Source: a virus. From it: a DNA stretch of 64,000 nucleotides. The stretch is taken from positions 1 through 64,000 of IMG/VR virus record IMGVR_UViG_3300034095_002552, one strand, 5' to 3'. The translations under genes were made by a program, and so were the position numbers. Positions 49,966 to 59,477 of this stretch are shown piece after piece. A model generated the notes under the pieces. The model was given only the letters and a program-made list of their open reading frames with translations, was not told where the DNA came from and searched no databases. How positions within the stretch are numbered: the first letter of the stretch is position 1; each line of letters begins with the position of its first letter.

Positions 49966-50585
49966 TTGTATGTTGTCTCAATAAAAGGAATCAATTGATC
50001 TCTAATTTTATAATGAAGATCGACTATTTCTTTATCATTTATAAGAAAATAATCATAATATTTAATTTCTTCTGGTGCATTTGGGGCATTGCTGTTTATT
50101 GGGCCTTCTTTTTGTGTGGCCACACACCATTCAAGCAAAGGCCTTAATTGTGCTTCAGATGGATTTAGATCATTGTTTAAAAAGTTTGGGCGATACAAAA
50201 GAACATTAATTCCTTCTCTCTTCCTAATATTCTTAGCTTCATTGTAATACCTACAATCAGAAATTATCAACTGTTTAGATGAGTCTCTGAGTGCAATGTC
50301 GATCCAAATATCTTCTACTATTTGCCTAAATCCATCACCTACGAATTGTAATCCTTTTCTTATATTCATCAGCATATTTGGTGGAGGAGCATCAATTCTT
50401 TTCCATTTCTCTAAAAAAGCTCGGTCAACATTAAACGCATTGCAAAAAGTATTTTTTACAGCGTCTGCAAAACCGCATCTTTCCCATTGCCCAAGCGTAT
50501 CCACCCTATTTAGCTCCATTGCCAAATAATCAGCAGCAGTATCCTTGCCCATGGCCAATTGTGAAGCAAATCCTACAATTCTCAT
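49956..50585 (-). CDS. deoxynucleoside monophosphate kinase, T4 gp1-like
   Basis: MGKDTAADYL, GFADAVK, RKGLQFVGDGFR, IISDCRY.NE. Confidence 0.8.
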   Translation of the reverse strand: MRIVGFASQLAMGKDTAADYLAMELNRVDTLGQWERCGFADAVKNTFCNAFNVDRAFLEKWKRIDAPPPNMLMNIRKGLQFVGDGFRQIVEDIWIDIALRDSSKQLIISDCRYYNEAKNIRKREGINVLLYRPNFLNNDLNPSEAQLRPLLEWCVATQKEGPINSNAPNAPEEIKYYDYFLINDKEIVDLHYKIRDQLIPFIETTYKCQ

Positions 50586-50696
50586 AATTGCTTACCTTTA
50601 AGGAAATTATTTATAAATCTATTTGTAACACAAATTGATCTTCCAATCAATCTGTTTTTCCATGATAATTAAACTTATAATTTTATAAGAAATACC

Positions 50697-50957
50697 ATGA
50701 AGAAAAAAATAGAACCAATTTGTAAAAACTGTCTCCTTTATAATTCTGAAAAAAAGGAATGTAAAGTTGCAATATTAGCCTCTGGAAAAGAGTATCATAT
50801 GCCAGTAGAGCTAAATGATCGTTGTCACATGGATGAACTTGGAATTGAAGTGCAACAAGTAAGATGGTGGACAGAAGACAAAGATGGGAAACCAGTAAAT
50901 GGCAATGGTGTTGTAAAAATAGAATATCCAGAAAATTTTTTTGGCAAGAAGGATTAG
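50697..50957 (+). CDS. hypothetical Cys-containing protein
   Basis: CKNC...C...C; 86 aa. Confidence 0.6.
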   Translation: MKKKIEPICKNCLLYNSEKKECKVAILASGKEYHMPVELNDRCHMDELGIEVQQVRWWTEDKDGKPVNGNGVVKIEYPENFFGKKD

Positions 50958-50962
50958 TCTAG

Positions 50963-51667
50963 ATGGCAAATCCATGCTGTGGATATTTTGTAAATGGTGT
51001 GCCAGGCGATGGGTGCGGATGCCCTTGTTCTAAAATATGTCCGCCTCCAAATTGTCCATCAATAAAATTTTCATTTGAAATAGGAACAAGTTATTCAGTT
51101 CCGGTTCCAGCAGGTTGCAAATGTGAGCCGCCACCATCAGCATTCAAAATTGATGATGCCAATTGGGAGACTGTGAAGCACGAAAACAATCTTGTTCCAT
51201 TCCCTTCATTTGATTTCAAATTTAATACCAAAGAAGAAAAAGATAATAATGATGATGAAGAATATGTTTTTTCATTAGCAGAAAACTGCTCAATACCTTG
51301 TAGTAAAATTGATGTCATAATTACAACTACCGCTTGTGGTTTTGAACTCCTCGGTTCGTTTGCAGTTAGGGCGGTTGGAGGTGGTATAGTTTCAGCGACT
51401 TATAGCGGTGGTGGCGATTGTTCTTTTGTAGTTAAAGTAAATGGCGGTGGATCAAGTGCATTTGTGGAAGATGGTGGTGGAATATCAGTAGAATTAGTTT
51501 CAACCAACCCATGTTGCTCTATTTGCCTTATAGATGTCTCATGTCCATCAATACCAGCTTCTATGCGAAGTCTTCTCTATAGAGCAAATCACATTTTAAA
51601 GGGAACAAAAACATATTTAAATAAATTTAAACTTAAAGAAAAGATTCGAAGATTAAAGAGAAGATAA
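50963..51667 (+). CDS. Cys/Gly-rich hypothetical protein, possibly virion-associated
   Basis: CC, CGCPC, CKC clusters and a Gly-rich beta segment. Confidence 0.6.
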   Translation: MANPCCGYFVNGVPGDGCGCPCSKICPPPNCPSIKFSFEIGTSYSVPVPAGCKCEPPPSAFKIDDANWETVKHENNLVPFPSFDFKFNTKEEKDNNDDEEYVFSLAENCSIPCSKIDVIITTTACGFELLGSFAVRAVGGGIVSATYSGGGDCSFVVKVNGGGSSAFVEDGGGISVELVSTNPCCSICLIDVSCPSIPASMRSLLYRANHILKGTKTYLNKFKLKEKIRRLKRR

Positions 51668-53677
51668 TTTCATTGCCTGTTTTTTTATTTCCGTAATATA
51701 CTCTTCCTTCATATTCAAAATTCCCTTAAGCTTTTTGTCATCCATTTCCGCAATAGACTCAATATTTTTAAATCCCATGTCAAAAAGTTTCTTAGCTCTC
51801 ACCTTTCCAATATTTGGAAGCTGACATAATTCAACTAGGTACGCTGGCACCCCATAAGCTATTCTTTTTTGCAAATCTTTAAAAAACGACTCTTGTTTCC
51901 ACTTTCCACTCATTGAGTCTATTACCGACAATATTTGCCCAATCCTTTCGAAATTTAACTGTAGCCCTCTTTGGTATCCAGCCAATGCTGTAGAATTGTA
52001 CCCATTCAATAGATTGTGGTAACAATAAACAGATTTTTTAACACCCTCTGTCAAATACTTGTAATCATCCTTAAGTTCTCTTTGTAATTTCTGATCAAAC
52101 ATTTGCATTTCTTTTTTTTCAGAAGAATTAACAATGTTGATTCTATTTGAGTCGATCTTAGATAACGCACAAGCCAAATGAATGTCATTTTCTTGGTTTT
52201 TTTTCAGAAAAAGAAAATAAAAGTTTTTTCTTAAATCCGCAACATCAAATGGAGAAAAATAAAATATACTGGATATTTTTCCAATGCTTGAGGCAACAAA
52301 TTTACCATCTTCTTCATATATTATTTCTTTTTTTATAAGTTCTTCTAACAATTCATTTAAATATGTTGAATTTAAATTTCTATTTTGAAAATAAGCCAAA
52401 GATCTTTCATACCAAATTTTAATTTCTTCGATATTTCCAATATATTCATGATGAATCTCGCTAACCAAGTGAAAGGCTAGATTTCTTGGATTTTCAATAA
52501 GCTTTGAAGTTATTTTTTGAGGAATCCCCAACCTATCTCTATATTTTTTGGCTTCTGAATTTGGCAACAACACATAGGCATCCCCTCTTGGATCAATTCC
52601 CAACCTTCCAGATCTACCAACCATTTGTGTGACATTATATGTTTCCACTTCGTCTTTTCCACGATGCACACCAAGAATAATCACCCTTCTTGCTGGGAGA
52701 TTACAGCCCCAAGCCAATGTTGGAGTTGCAACTATTACTCTTAAATCGTTTCCATTTTTAAATCTTTTTTCGAGATCAATTCTACTTTCTTTATTCAGAT
52801 CGGCATTGTGAAATTCAACACTAATTTTATTCGACTTTAAAACATTTTTCATTTGCTCACCTGTTCTTTTTGTGTGAGCAAATATAAGAAATTTATCTTC
52901 TGGATAATCATTCACAATATCCATGGCTTTTTCTATTTTGTTGTTTTCCACAGAATCGTATGTGTACGCCTCATCATCATAATTTTCATAGTGTAGCCCC
53001 AAAGGAACAGGCCTATACTCTGAATTTAAAACATAAGTTTCTTTTTTGTTGAGTGAATATGATAGCCATTCTGCTATCTGATTAACATTTGGCATAGTGG
53101 CAGATAAAAGAATAATTCTACAATTTGGATTTATTTCCGTAAATTTCATCAATCCAACTTCAAGATGCTCTCCCCTGCCTGGAACAGTCAAAAGATGACA
53201 TTCGTCAATTACTAAAGTTCCGATATCTTTTAGATAATCACTTTTCTCAGAATTTATATTTCTTGCCCTATGATTGAGCATTTCTGAAGTCATTATTATC
53301 AAATTAGATTCATTTAATTCTTTCTGTCTAGCTGGTGTAATTCGGTAATCGCCTGTGCAAATAGATATGTTTATGTCGTGAAAATGGTAATTTGGGTCTG
53401 TCCATTGATCTATTTTTTCTTGTGCTAATGCTCTAAGAGGAGCAAGAAACATTCCTTTGCCACCTCGTTTTCTAATTTCGTGAGCAAGAAACATTTCTGC
53501 GACAACGGTTTTTCCCGCACTTGTTTTGGCAGCAATTAAAACATTTATATCTTTATCGTAAATTTCAAATATCCTACTTTGAACTGGGTTGAAATTCTCA
53601 AATTCCCAAGATGCCAATGAATATTTATTTGTATTTACCAAATCATTTTGATCTAATATTTCGATAATTGGTGGCAT
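51653..53677 (-). CDS. Ski2/Hel308-like SF2 helicase
   Basis: FNPVQ Q-motif, AKTSAGKT, DECH, LSAT, RPVPL, TLAWGCNLPA, QMVGRSGR, C-terminal HhH LPNIGKVRA. Confidence 0.9.
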   Translation of the reverse strand: MPPIIEILDQNDLVNTNKYSLASWEFENFNPVQSRIFEIYDKDINVLIAAKTSAGKTVVAEMFLAHEIRKRGGKGMFLAPLRALAQEKIDQWTDPNYHFHDINISICTGDYRITPARQKELNESNLIIMTSEMLNHRARNINSEKSDYLKDIGTLVIDECHLLTVPGRGEHLEVGLMKFTEINPNCRIILLSATMPNVNQIAEWLSYSLNKKETYVLNSEYRPVPLGLHYENYDDEAYTYDSVENNKIEKAMDIVNDYPEDKFLIFAHTKRTGEQMKNVLKSNKISVEFHNADLNKESRIDLEKRFKNGNDLRVIVATPTLAWGCNLPARRVIILGVHRGKDEVETYNVTQMVGRSGRLGIDPRGDAYVLLPNSEAKKYRDRLGIPQKITSKLIENPRNLAFHLVSEIHHEYIGNIEEIKIWYERSLAYFQNRNLNSTYLNELLEELIKKEIIYEEDGKFVASSIGKISSIFYFSPFDVADLRKNFYFLFLKKNQENDIHLACALSKIDSNRINIVNSSEKKEMQMFDQKLQRELKDDYKYLTEGVKKSVYCYHNLLNGYNSTALAGYQRGLQLNFERIGQILSVIDSMSGKWKQESFFKDLQKRIAYGVPAYLVELCQLPNIGKVRAKKLFDMGFKNIESIAEMDDKKLKGILNMKEEYITEIKKQAMKLSSL

Positions 53678-54145
53678 TTATTCCTCTAGTCTTTTATTCC
53701 AAATGTGATTAATTTCAGTGCCTATAGACTTCATTTCATTTTCAGAAAAGAAATTGCTTTTTATCTTATTGCAAATTAAGCAACAAAGAGCAATATTATC
53801 TAATGTATAGTCGCCATAATTGTCAATCCTGTCAATGCCTAATGACTCAACACCTAAGCCAATTTGAGATTTTATTTTGAACTTATGAATTTCTTTTTCT
53901 TTAAGTCCACAATAATGGCATTGTCTATCAGAGTTTCTCAACCATATTAAAAATTCTTCTTCTGAAATAAGAATTTCTGGGTTTCTTTTTCGTTTTCTTT
54001 TAAAATTAGAATTGTTTTTTAAATTTTTAAATTTTTGACAATCTTTGCAGACTAGCATTTTCCCAGAAGTGTACCGCAAATCAATATCTGTAGTATTACA
54101 TTTTTTGCATGCCCATAAATCACCTTGACTCATTTTCCTCCACAA
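53678..54145 (-). CDS. HNH-like endonuclease
   Basis: CHYCG...GIDRIDN...YTLDNIALCCLICNKIK. Confidence 0.8.
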   Translation of the reverse strand: MWRKMSQGDLWACKKCNTTDIDLRYTSGKMLVCKDCQKFKNLKNNSNFKRKRKRNPEILISEEEFLIWLRNSDRQCHYCGLKEKEIHKFKIKSQIGLGVESLGIDRIDNYGDYTLDNIALCCLICNKIKSNFFSENEMKSIGTEINHIWNKRLEE

Positions 54146-54163
54146 AAAATTTAAAATAAATCA

Positions 54164-54207
54164 GTCACGACAATAGAGGCTATTTTTTCGTCCTCTATTA
54201 TCGTGAC
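54164..54207. terminator. hairpin, possible terminator
   Basis: gtcacgacaatagagg/cctctattatcgtgac inverted repeat. Confidence 0.5.
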
Positions 54208-54217
54208 AATAAAATTA

Positions 54218-54472
54218 CTATCTATTTATTTCAAATCTTTTTTTATACTCTTTATTTACATGCTCATGCATAAAATCTAACATGTCATATAAATCTTTTG
54301 GAGAATTTGCTGTTCCTAGCCAACGATCCATTTCTTTATTATTACAAACATAATTAAGAACTTCTGAAAGATCGCCAGAATATCTAAAGTTAAGCCTACT
54401 ATGCAAAACCTTTAAATTCTCATCAGAAAGCCTGTAAAAATACTCTTTTAAAAACTGTTCCTGCTTCTTCAT
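54218..54472 (-). CDS. hypothetical protein
   Basis: 84 aa, GAGGT SD. Confidence 0.65.
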   Translation of the reverse strand: MKKQEQFLKEYFYRLSDENLKVLHSRLNFRYSGDLSEVLNYVCNNKEMDRWLGTANSPKDLYDMLDFMHEHVNKEYKKRFEINR

Positions 54473-54830
54473 GGATAAACCTCAAATGGAAATTAAAAAT
54501 ATATTTAACAAACAAAAATTTGAAGAACTACTTGTCACAAAATGGACACATTTTTTAGATGGTTCCAATTTAATAAAAGTAATAAATGATCTTGTGTTAC
54601 AAAACAAACATAATTTTGAACTTATTCCAAACACAAGTTATAAAAAAAAAGGCACACAAATTATGATCTCAAGATTCCAAAATACAGAACATGGATTTAT
54701 AATTTGGATCGACTTTTTAGTTCCTTTGCAAAACGAACAAGTTGCCATAGGAACAACCGAAATGTTCCTACTATCTAATGGTATTTTAAGTCATTCAAAA
54801 ACTTTAGGCAATATATATAATTATAATTAA
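54471..54830 (+). CDS. hypothetical protein
   Basis: 119 aa ORF; start may be 54486. Confidence 0.6.
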   Translation: MDKPQMEIKNIFNKQKFEELLVTKWTHFLDGSNLIKVINDLVLQNKHNFELIPNTSYKKKGTQIMISRFQNTEHGFIIWIDFLVPLQNEQVAIGTTEMFLLSNGILSHSKTLGNIYNYN

Positions 54831-55126
54831 ACTACATCTAATCGCCTAACTTGTTCGCCATCTTGATTTATAAAACTATCATCTAAAATTAACGCATTTT
54901 TTTCATCTGCAAATCTAAGCCCAAGATTAAAAGAATCTAGACAAGCAGTTCTATCGTCACGAGATGCCATAACCCAACAATAATTATCTTTTTTTATAAA
55001 TTTTCCACTTTGGCTTTCTTGTGTTATCCCAATTTCTAAAGTGACATTATCTGGCAAAAAAATTTCTATTTGCCCATGTTTCAATAAATGCTCTACAATT
55101 AAACACTGTATTTTGTTTTTACTCAT
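54827..55126 (-). CDS. hypothetical protein
   Basis: probable start MSKNKI at 55126 with GAGGT SD. Confidence 0.65.
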   Translation of the reverse strand: MSKNKIQCLIVEHLLKHGQIEIFLPDNVTLEIGITQESQSGKFIKKDNYCWVMASRDDRTACLDSFNLGLRFADEKNALILDDSFINQDGEQVRRLDVV

Positions 55127-55148
55127 AATAACCTCGCATAAAAATATT

Positions 55149-55619
55149 TTAAATAAAAAAAACTTTATTCGGAGGAACATAGAAATATTTCATATCATCA
55201 TAAAACCCATGCTTCCAATCACCTTGATCTTTATATGGATTAGAGATTACGCTTTCTTGTTTGTCTAAATACACAGTCCAACAGTAAATTTTTCGATTTT
55301 CTTTATAAGTCTCTACCAATGATAATTCTTTATTTCCAAGAAATCTTTTTGCAAATTTACAAATTACTGGCAATGGTAAATATGTACTATAATCACCATA
55401 AAGCTGTAATAAATCTAAATAGTATTTACCATAATCACACCTTTGATAATGTGCGATTAAAGAATAACCATCTACAATAAAAATTCTTGTTTTAAAAATT
55501 AAAAGATCATCATTTTGTAAACTTAAAGTGCAAATCGGATAGTTGTATGGAACTAAAATTTTTGCTAAATTTTTTAGTTCTTTTATTGACTTATCGATAT
55601 TTTTACTATGATCTGACAT
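55149..55619 (-). CDS. hypothetical protein
   Basis: 156 aa ORF. Confidence 0.65.
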   Translation of the reverse strand: MSDHSKNIDKSIKELKNLAKILVPYNYPICTLSLQNDDLLIFKTRIFIVDGYSLIAHYQRCDYGKYYLDLLQLYGDYSTYLPLPVICKFAKRFLGNKELSLVETYKENRKIYCWTVYLDKQESVISNPYKDQGDWKHGFYDDMKYFYVPPNKVFFI

Positions 55620-55655
55620 ATTATTCTACCTTTTCTATGTCTACTCTATGTATTG

Positions 55656-56669
55656 TTATTTTTTAAACTTCTCATGAAAAAAATCACAATTAAAAACATT
55701 ATGATTTGATGATCTTAATTTATCTAAAGTGTTTTCCATATTGAACTTACATTCACTACCAAAAATTCCACGATCAGCATTGGAAATATTCTGTTGAAGC
55801 CTAATATATAGCCAAAATCTAAGCTCTTTCATGCCTTCAGATAAATTTTTATCATCGTCTAAATGCAAAAATTGTAAAAACTCCTCAATGGTTAACCAAG
55901 AATAACTAGAAAAAGAATCACCATCTTTATAATCACAAGGCAATTTTCTTTCTAGCGAACATTTTATAAAATGTAAAATCAATAAAATATAGTTTTTAGC
56001 ATTAAAATAACTAATGCAACATGATGAATCCATAATTCTAAATTCAATTGTATTTCTTTTTCTGTTAACCATGTGGTAAGTGTTTAAAGTAAAATACTTA
56101 TGCTTTCCAAGCTGATTAATTAAATATCCACTATCATGCATTTCATTTTTAACACTTTCAACAATCGATGTAAAAGACAACATTTGGCAATATTTGCTTT
56201 TTCTTCTTTTAATTGGAACTATATCCATAAAAACATTTTCGCATTTAATCCACCACGAAATAATTGCACCTAAATCATCTTTTTTCAAATCATTTACATC
56301 AACATGAATATGAAAAGAACATCTTGAATCGGCTTGCACAAAATTATCAGTTGAAAATGAATTAACGACAGAGCAAACACTTTTGATTCCAGTCATACCT
56401 TTTAAAACTGGTGTGCATATTTCTATTCCACAACTACTATCTGGTTTTAATATCCAAGAGTCATTGTGGTGATTATTTTGCCATCGATGAATATCAACTT
56501 TGTTTTTAACCGTTTTTTGTACTAAATTTGCTATGTATCCTATGCCTTCTGGTAGGTTTCCGAATTCATATCCAGAAGGTCTATTCCTAAGATCGAAAGC
56601 GTTCAATTCAATCTCAACGCCAAATCTTCTTGAACTATCACATGATATTAAATTTCTGTTATTGTCCAC
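55656..56669 (-). CDS. amidoligase (COOH-NH2 ligase, Amidoligase_2-like)
   Basis: RFGVEIE, LKPDSSCGIEICTPVL, CSFHIHV, KYFTLN, TIEFR. Confidence 0.85.
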   Translation of the reverse strand: MDNNRNLISCDSSRRFGVEIELNAFDLRNRPSGYEFGNLPEGIGYIANLVQKTVKNKVDIHRWQNNHHNDSWILKPDSSCGIEICTPVLKGMTGIKSVCSVVNSFSTDNFVQADSRCSFHIHVDVNDLKKDDLGAIISWWIKCENVFMDIVPIKRRKSKYCQMLSFTSIVESVKNEMHDSGYLINQLGKHKYFTLNTYHMVNRKRNTIEFRIMDSSCCISYFNAKNYILLILHFIKCSLERKLPCDYKDGDSFSSYSWLTIEEFLQFLHLDDDKNLSEGMKELRFWLYIRLQQNISNADRGIFGSECKFNMENTLDKLRSSNHNVFNCDFFHEKFKK

Positions 56670-56724
56670 GCTTGGTTCCCTCGTTTATAATTATAAATAA
56701 TATTCTATCCAAAGGAGAATAACG

Positions 56725-57156
56725 ATGAATTGTTTATTAGTAAAATTAAAAGACAAAAGAAAATTCCTTACAAGCAAAAACAATTTAGATCAACTAATTG
56801 AGTTTGCAAATACATTTAAAGCAGAATTATCATTAGTTGAAACCAATTGCAAAAATATAAAATCATTAGAGGAACTTGCTAATGATATTTGTGATACCAA
56901 TTGCAAACAAGAAGATTTTGATTATAAAGAAATTGAAAAAATTGCAAAAAAAAAATCAAACAAAATATTTGAACAAATGATAAAAGATCTAAAAAGCAAA
57001 AAAACAATTGATATTAGCAAAATAAAATGTGAATTTAGCAAACAAGGATTGGAAGAAAAAGAAATATCTGCACAAATACAAAAAGCCAAGAATTACATCA
57101 AAAAAATTGGGTTTACATTGAATAAAATCGATAAAAATAAGTATAAAATAAATTAA
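56725..57156 (+). CDS. hypothetical protein
   Basis: 143 aa, AAGGAG SD, TATAAATA upstream. Confidence 0.7.
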   Translation: MNCLLVKLKDKRKFLTSKNNLDQLIEFANTFKAELSLVETNCKNIKSLEELANDICDTNCKQEDFDYKEIEKIAKKKSNKIFEQMIKDLKSKKTIDISKIKCEFSKQGLEEKEISAQIQKAKNYIKKIGFTLNKIDKNKYKIN

Positions 57157-57163
57157 ATAATTC

Positions 57164-58078
57164 TTATTTTAATAGAAAAACTTTATTTTCATCCATTAAA
57201 TCTTTTAGCTTTATCAATATAGAAGCTACAATTTGTCTAACTCTTTCTCTTGTTATTCCTAATTTTTTCCCAATATGTCTTAACGAATAATATTCTTTTT
57301 TACAATTGATTCCAAATTTCATGCAAATAATAAATCTTTGCCTTTTATTGCATCGCTTTAGCAAAGATTCCACACAATGATTTATGTGTTCCTTTTCGCA
57401 AAAATTACTCAAAGGATCTTCTATTACAGGATTAAGTTGTTCTGTCAATTGAATGCTTCTAAGCATTATGATAATCATTTGTAGATTTTTAGGATAAGTT
57501 CCAAAATCATTAATGTTTTCAATTTCTAATTCTTTTTCAATATTTTTCACATCATTAAAAGCAAGAGTTTGAAAAATTACAGTTGATATTTTTTGCAATT
57601 TTGAATAAACATTTGTCGGAACTTTAACAAAATATCTATTGTGAGATATGTATTTATAAATTCTTTTATAAATATGAAAAAGTACATAATAACTAAATTT
57701 AACATTCTTGCTTGCATCATAACCATTTATTGCCTCATAAATACCCAAAACACCTTCTTGAATGCAATCAGGCATTAAATCAACAGGGATATTTATTTTT
57801 TTTCCCATCCAATAAATCAATTTATAACAAGAAAAAACAAGTTTATCACAAGCCTTTATATCGCCATTTTTGGCACTTTTAACAAGATTCATTTGCTCTT
57901 GTGTTGTTAATTTTTTTTTAAAATTTTCTTGTTCTATTTTGTCGAATGTGAAGTCACGATAAAATTTAATACCATAATTTTTTTTTAAACTAAATTCAAA
58001 AAGTCTGTCTAATTTAGTTATTTTAAATTTTTGCCAATTTTTAAACGACTTGGTATTTCCCAATTTAACAGAACTCAT
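57164..58078 (-). CDS. sigma70-family RNA polymerase sigma factor
   Basis: region 1.2 LTTQEQMNL, region 2 DCIQEGVLGIYEAINGYD..KFSYY, region 4 SLRHIGKKLGITRERVRQI. Confidence 0.88.
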   Translation of the reverse strand: MSSVKLGNTKSFKNWQKFKITKLDRLFEFSLKKNYGIKFYRDFTFDKIEQENFKKKLTTQEQMNLVKSAKNGDIKACDKLVFSCYKLIYWMGKKINIPVDLMPDCIQEGVLGIYEAINGYDASKNVKFSYYVLFHIYKRIYKYISHNRYFVKVPTNVYSKLQKISTVIFQTLAFNDVKNIEKELEIENINDFGTYPKNLQMIIIMLRSIQLTEQLNPVIEDPLSNFCEKEHINHCVESLLKRCNKRQRFIICMKFGINCKKEYYSLRHIGKKLGITRERVRQIVASILIKLKDLMDENKVFLLK

Positions 58079-58135
58079 CAGCTACTCCTTAACTTGTATG
58101 ACAAATAATATTGATTAATTCATCAAAGTAAAGGC

Positions 58136-58176
58136 AAAAAAAAAGGAATTACCTAAATCAAAGGTAATTCCCTTTT
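58136..58176 (-). terminator. intrinsic terminator after recA/uvsX
   Basis: ggaattacct/aggtaattcc stem with a long T-run on the minus strand. Confidence 0.75.
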
Positions 58177-58192
58177 AAAGTTAAATTTAAAA

Positions 58193-59404
58193 TTATTCTA
58201 ATTCTTCGTCTATCACATCGTCATCATCTGAACCCAATACATCAGTTTCGATGACATCAGCACCAAGCTTAAAGTTCATTGCATCCTTAAAAGGCTCAAA
58301 ATAATCAACCAACTCCTGCTCAGATGTAGCATCCACCAAACTTGGATATTTAAGCAATATTTCAAGTGGCACTTCATTTTTATCAAGCGAAGCCTTGAAC
58401 TTTACTTCTTCTCCATTGGAAAATGCATCTGCGATGACAAAATTACCAGCACTTTTAGCCACAATTCTATTCGCATCAAGCAAACAAGACAATAAGCCAC
58501 TAACAGGATTTATTCCATGTTCAAAAAGCAATTGAATGTTTTCTGTTGAAATAAATGGCGTGTGAGTCTTATTCTTGACATTTTTAACACGAATGTTAAT
58601 TCCAAGAATCTTGGTTTTTTTTGCACTGATTTTATATTCTATCTTCTTCATTGTAGATGTTTCTAATCTACATGAAGCATAGAATGGTAAAGCGTTACCA
58701 CCGCCAGCAGTTGTGGTTGGATTGCCATAAAGAACACCTATCTTGGATCTTGTCTGATTCAAAATAACAACAGTGGCATCATTGGTTTCCATAACAGTAT
58801 TAAGCTTACGGAATTCTCTAGAACAAATCTTAGCCCGTTCACCTGGCTGTTCATTGCCACCCACAATGCGTTTAAAATCAGCTTTTGAGGCATTCTCTGG
58901 AAGCTTGACCTCTCTAAGCTCTCTAGCTGATGGACTCACGCCAATAGAATCGTAGACGATTGCAATAGGGCAGTCTTTTCTTTTCGAACGAACAAATTCG
59001 ATAGATTTATACATCTTCAAAAAAACATCTTCCAAACTCTGAGGAGTATGCCTCACAATTTTAGTAAGATCACAATGTGATGCCTTTTGAATAAATTCTT
59101 TATTAGCTGAATTTTCACAATCCTCAAGAATTGCAATTCCATCCTGTCTCTGACTTCCAAATAAAATATTTGTTCCTATCAATGATTTTGATGACGAAGA
59201 AGGACCATATATTTCAGTTAGCTTTCCGCCCGGAATACCACCACCCATAAACTTTCCACTACAAATATAATTTATCGCAAGATTCCCAGTATCAACAAAA
59301 TACTTCACACTATCAATCTTGGCAACAATATCGCCACCAGTTTGATTTGCTAAATCTTGAAAAAATGAATCATCATCGACCTTTCTTTTGGCCATGTTAA
59401 ACAC
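58193..59404 (-). CDS. RecA/UvsX-like recombinase
   Basis: VDTGNLAIN, GGIPGGKLTEIYGPSSSSKS, IVYDSI, ILNQTR, TAGGGNALPFYASCR, VKNK. Confidence 0.9.
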   Translation of the reverse strand: MFNMAKRKVDDDSFFQDLANQTGGDIVAKIDSVKYFVDTGNLAINYICSGKFMGGGIPGGKLTEIYGPSSSSKSLIGTNILFGSQRQDGIAILEDCENSANKEFIQKASHCDLTKIVRHTPQSLEDVFLKMYKSIEFVRSKRKDCPIAIVYDSIGVSPSARELREVKLPENASKADFKRIVGGNEQPGERAKICSREFRKLNTVMETNDATVVILNQTRSKIGVLYGNPTTTAGGGNALPFYASCRLETSTMKKIEYKISAKKTKILGINIRVKNVKNKTHTPFISTENIQLLFEHGINPVSGLLSCLLDANRIVAKSAGNFVIADAFSNGEEVKFKASLDKNEVPLEILLKYPSLVDATSEQELVDYFEPFKDAMNFKLGADVIETDVLGSDDDDVIDEELE

Positions 59405-59434
59405 CTCGGTAAAAATGTAATTATTTTTTTAAAA

Positions 59435-59465
59435 AAATAGGTGGAATCACTGACTCCACCTATTT
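59435..59465 (-). terminator. hairpin terminator after SSB gene
   Basis: aaataggtgga...tccacctattt inverted repeat with a T-run on the minus strand; coordinates approximate. Confidence 0.65.
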
Positions 59466-59477
59466 GAAGACAGGGAA

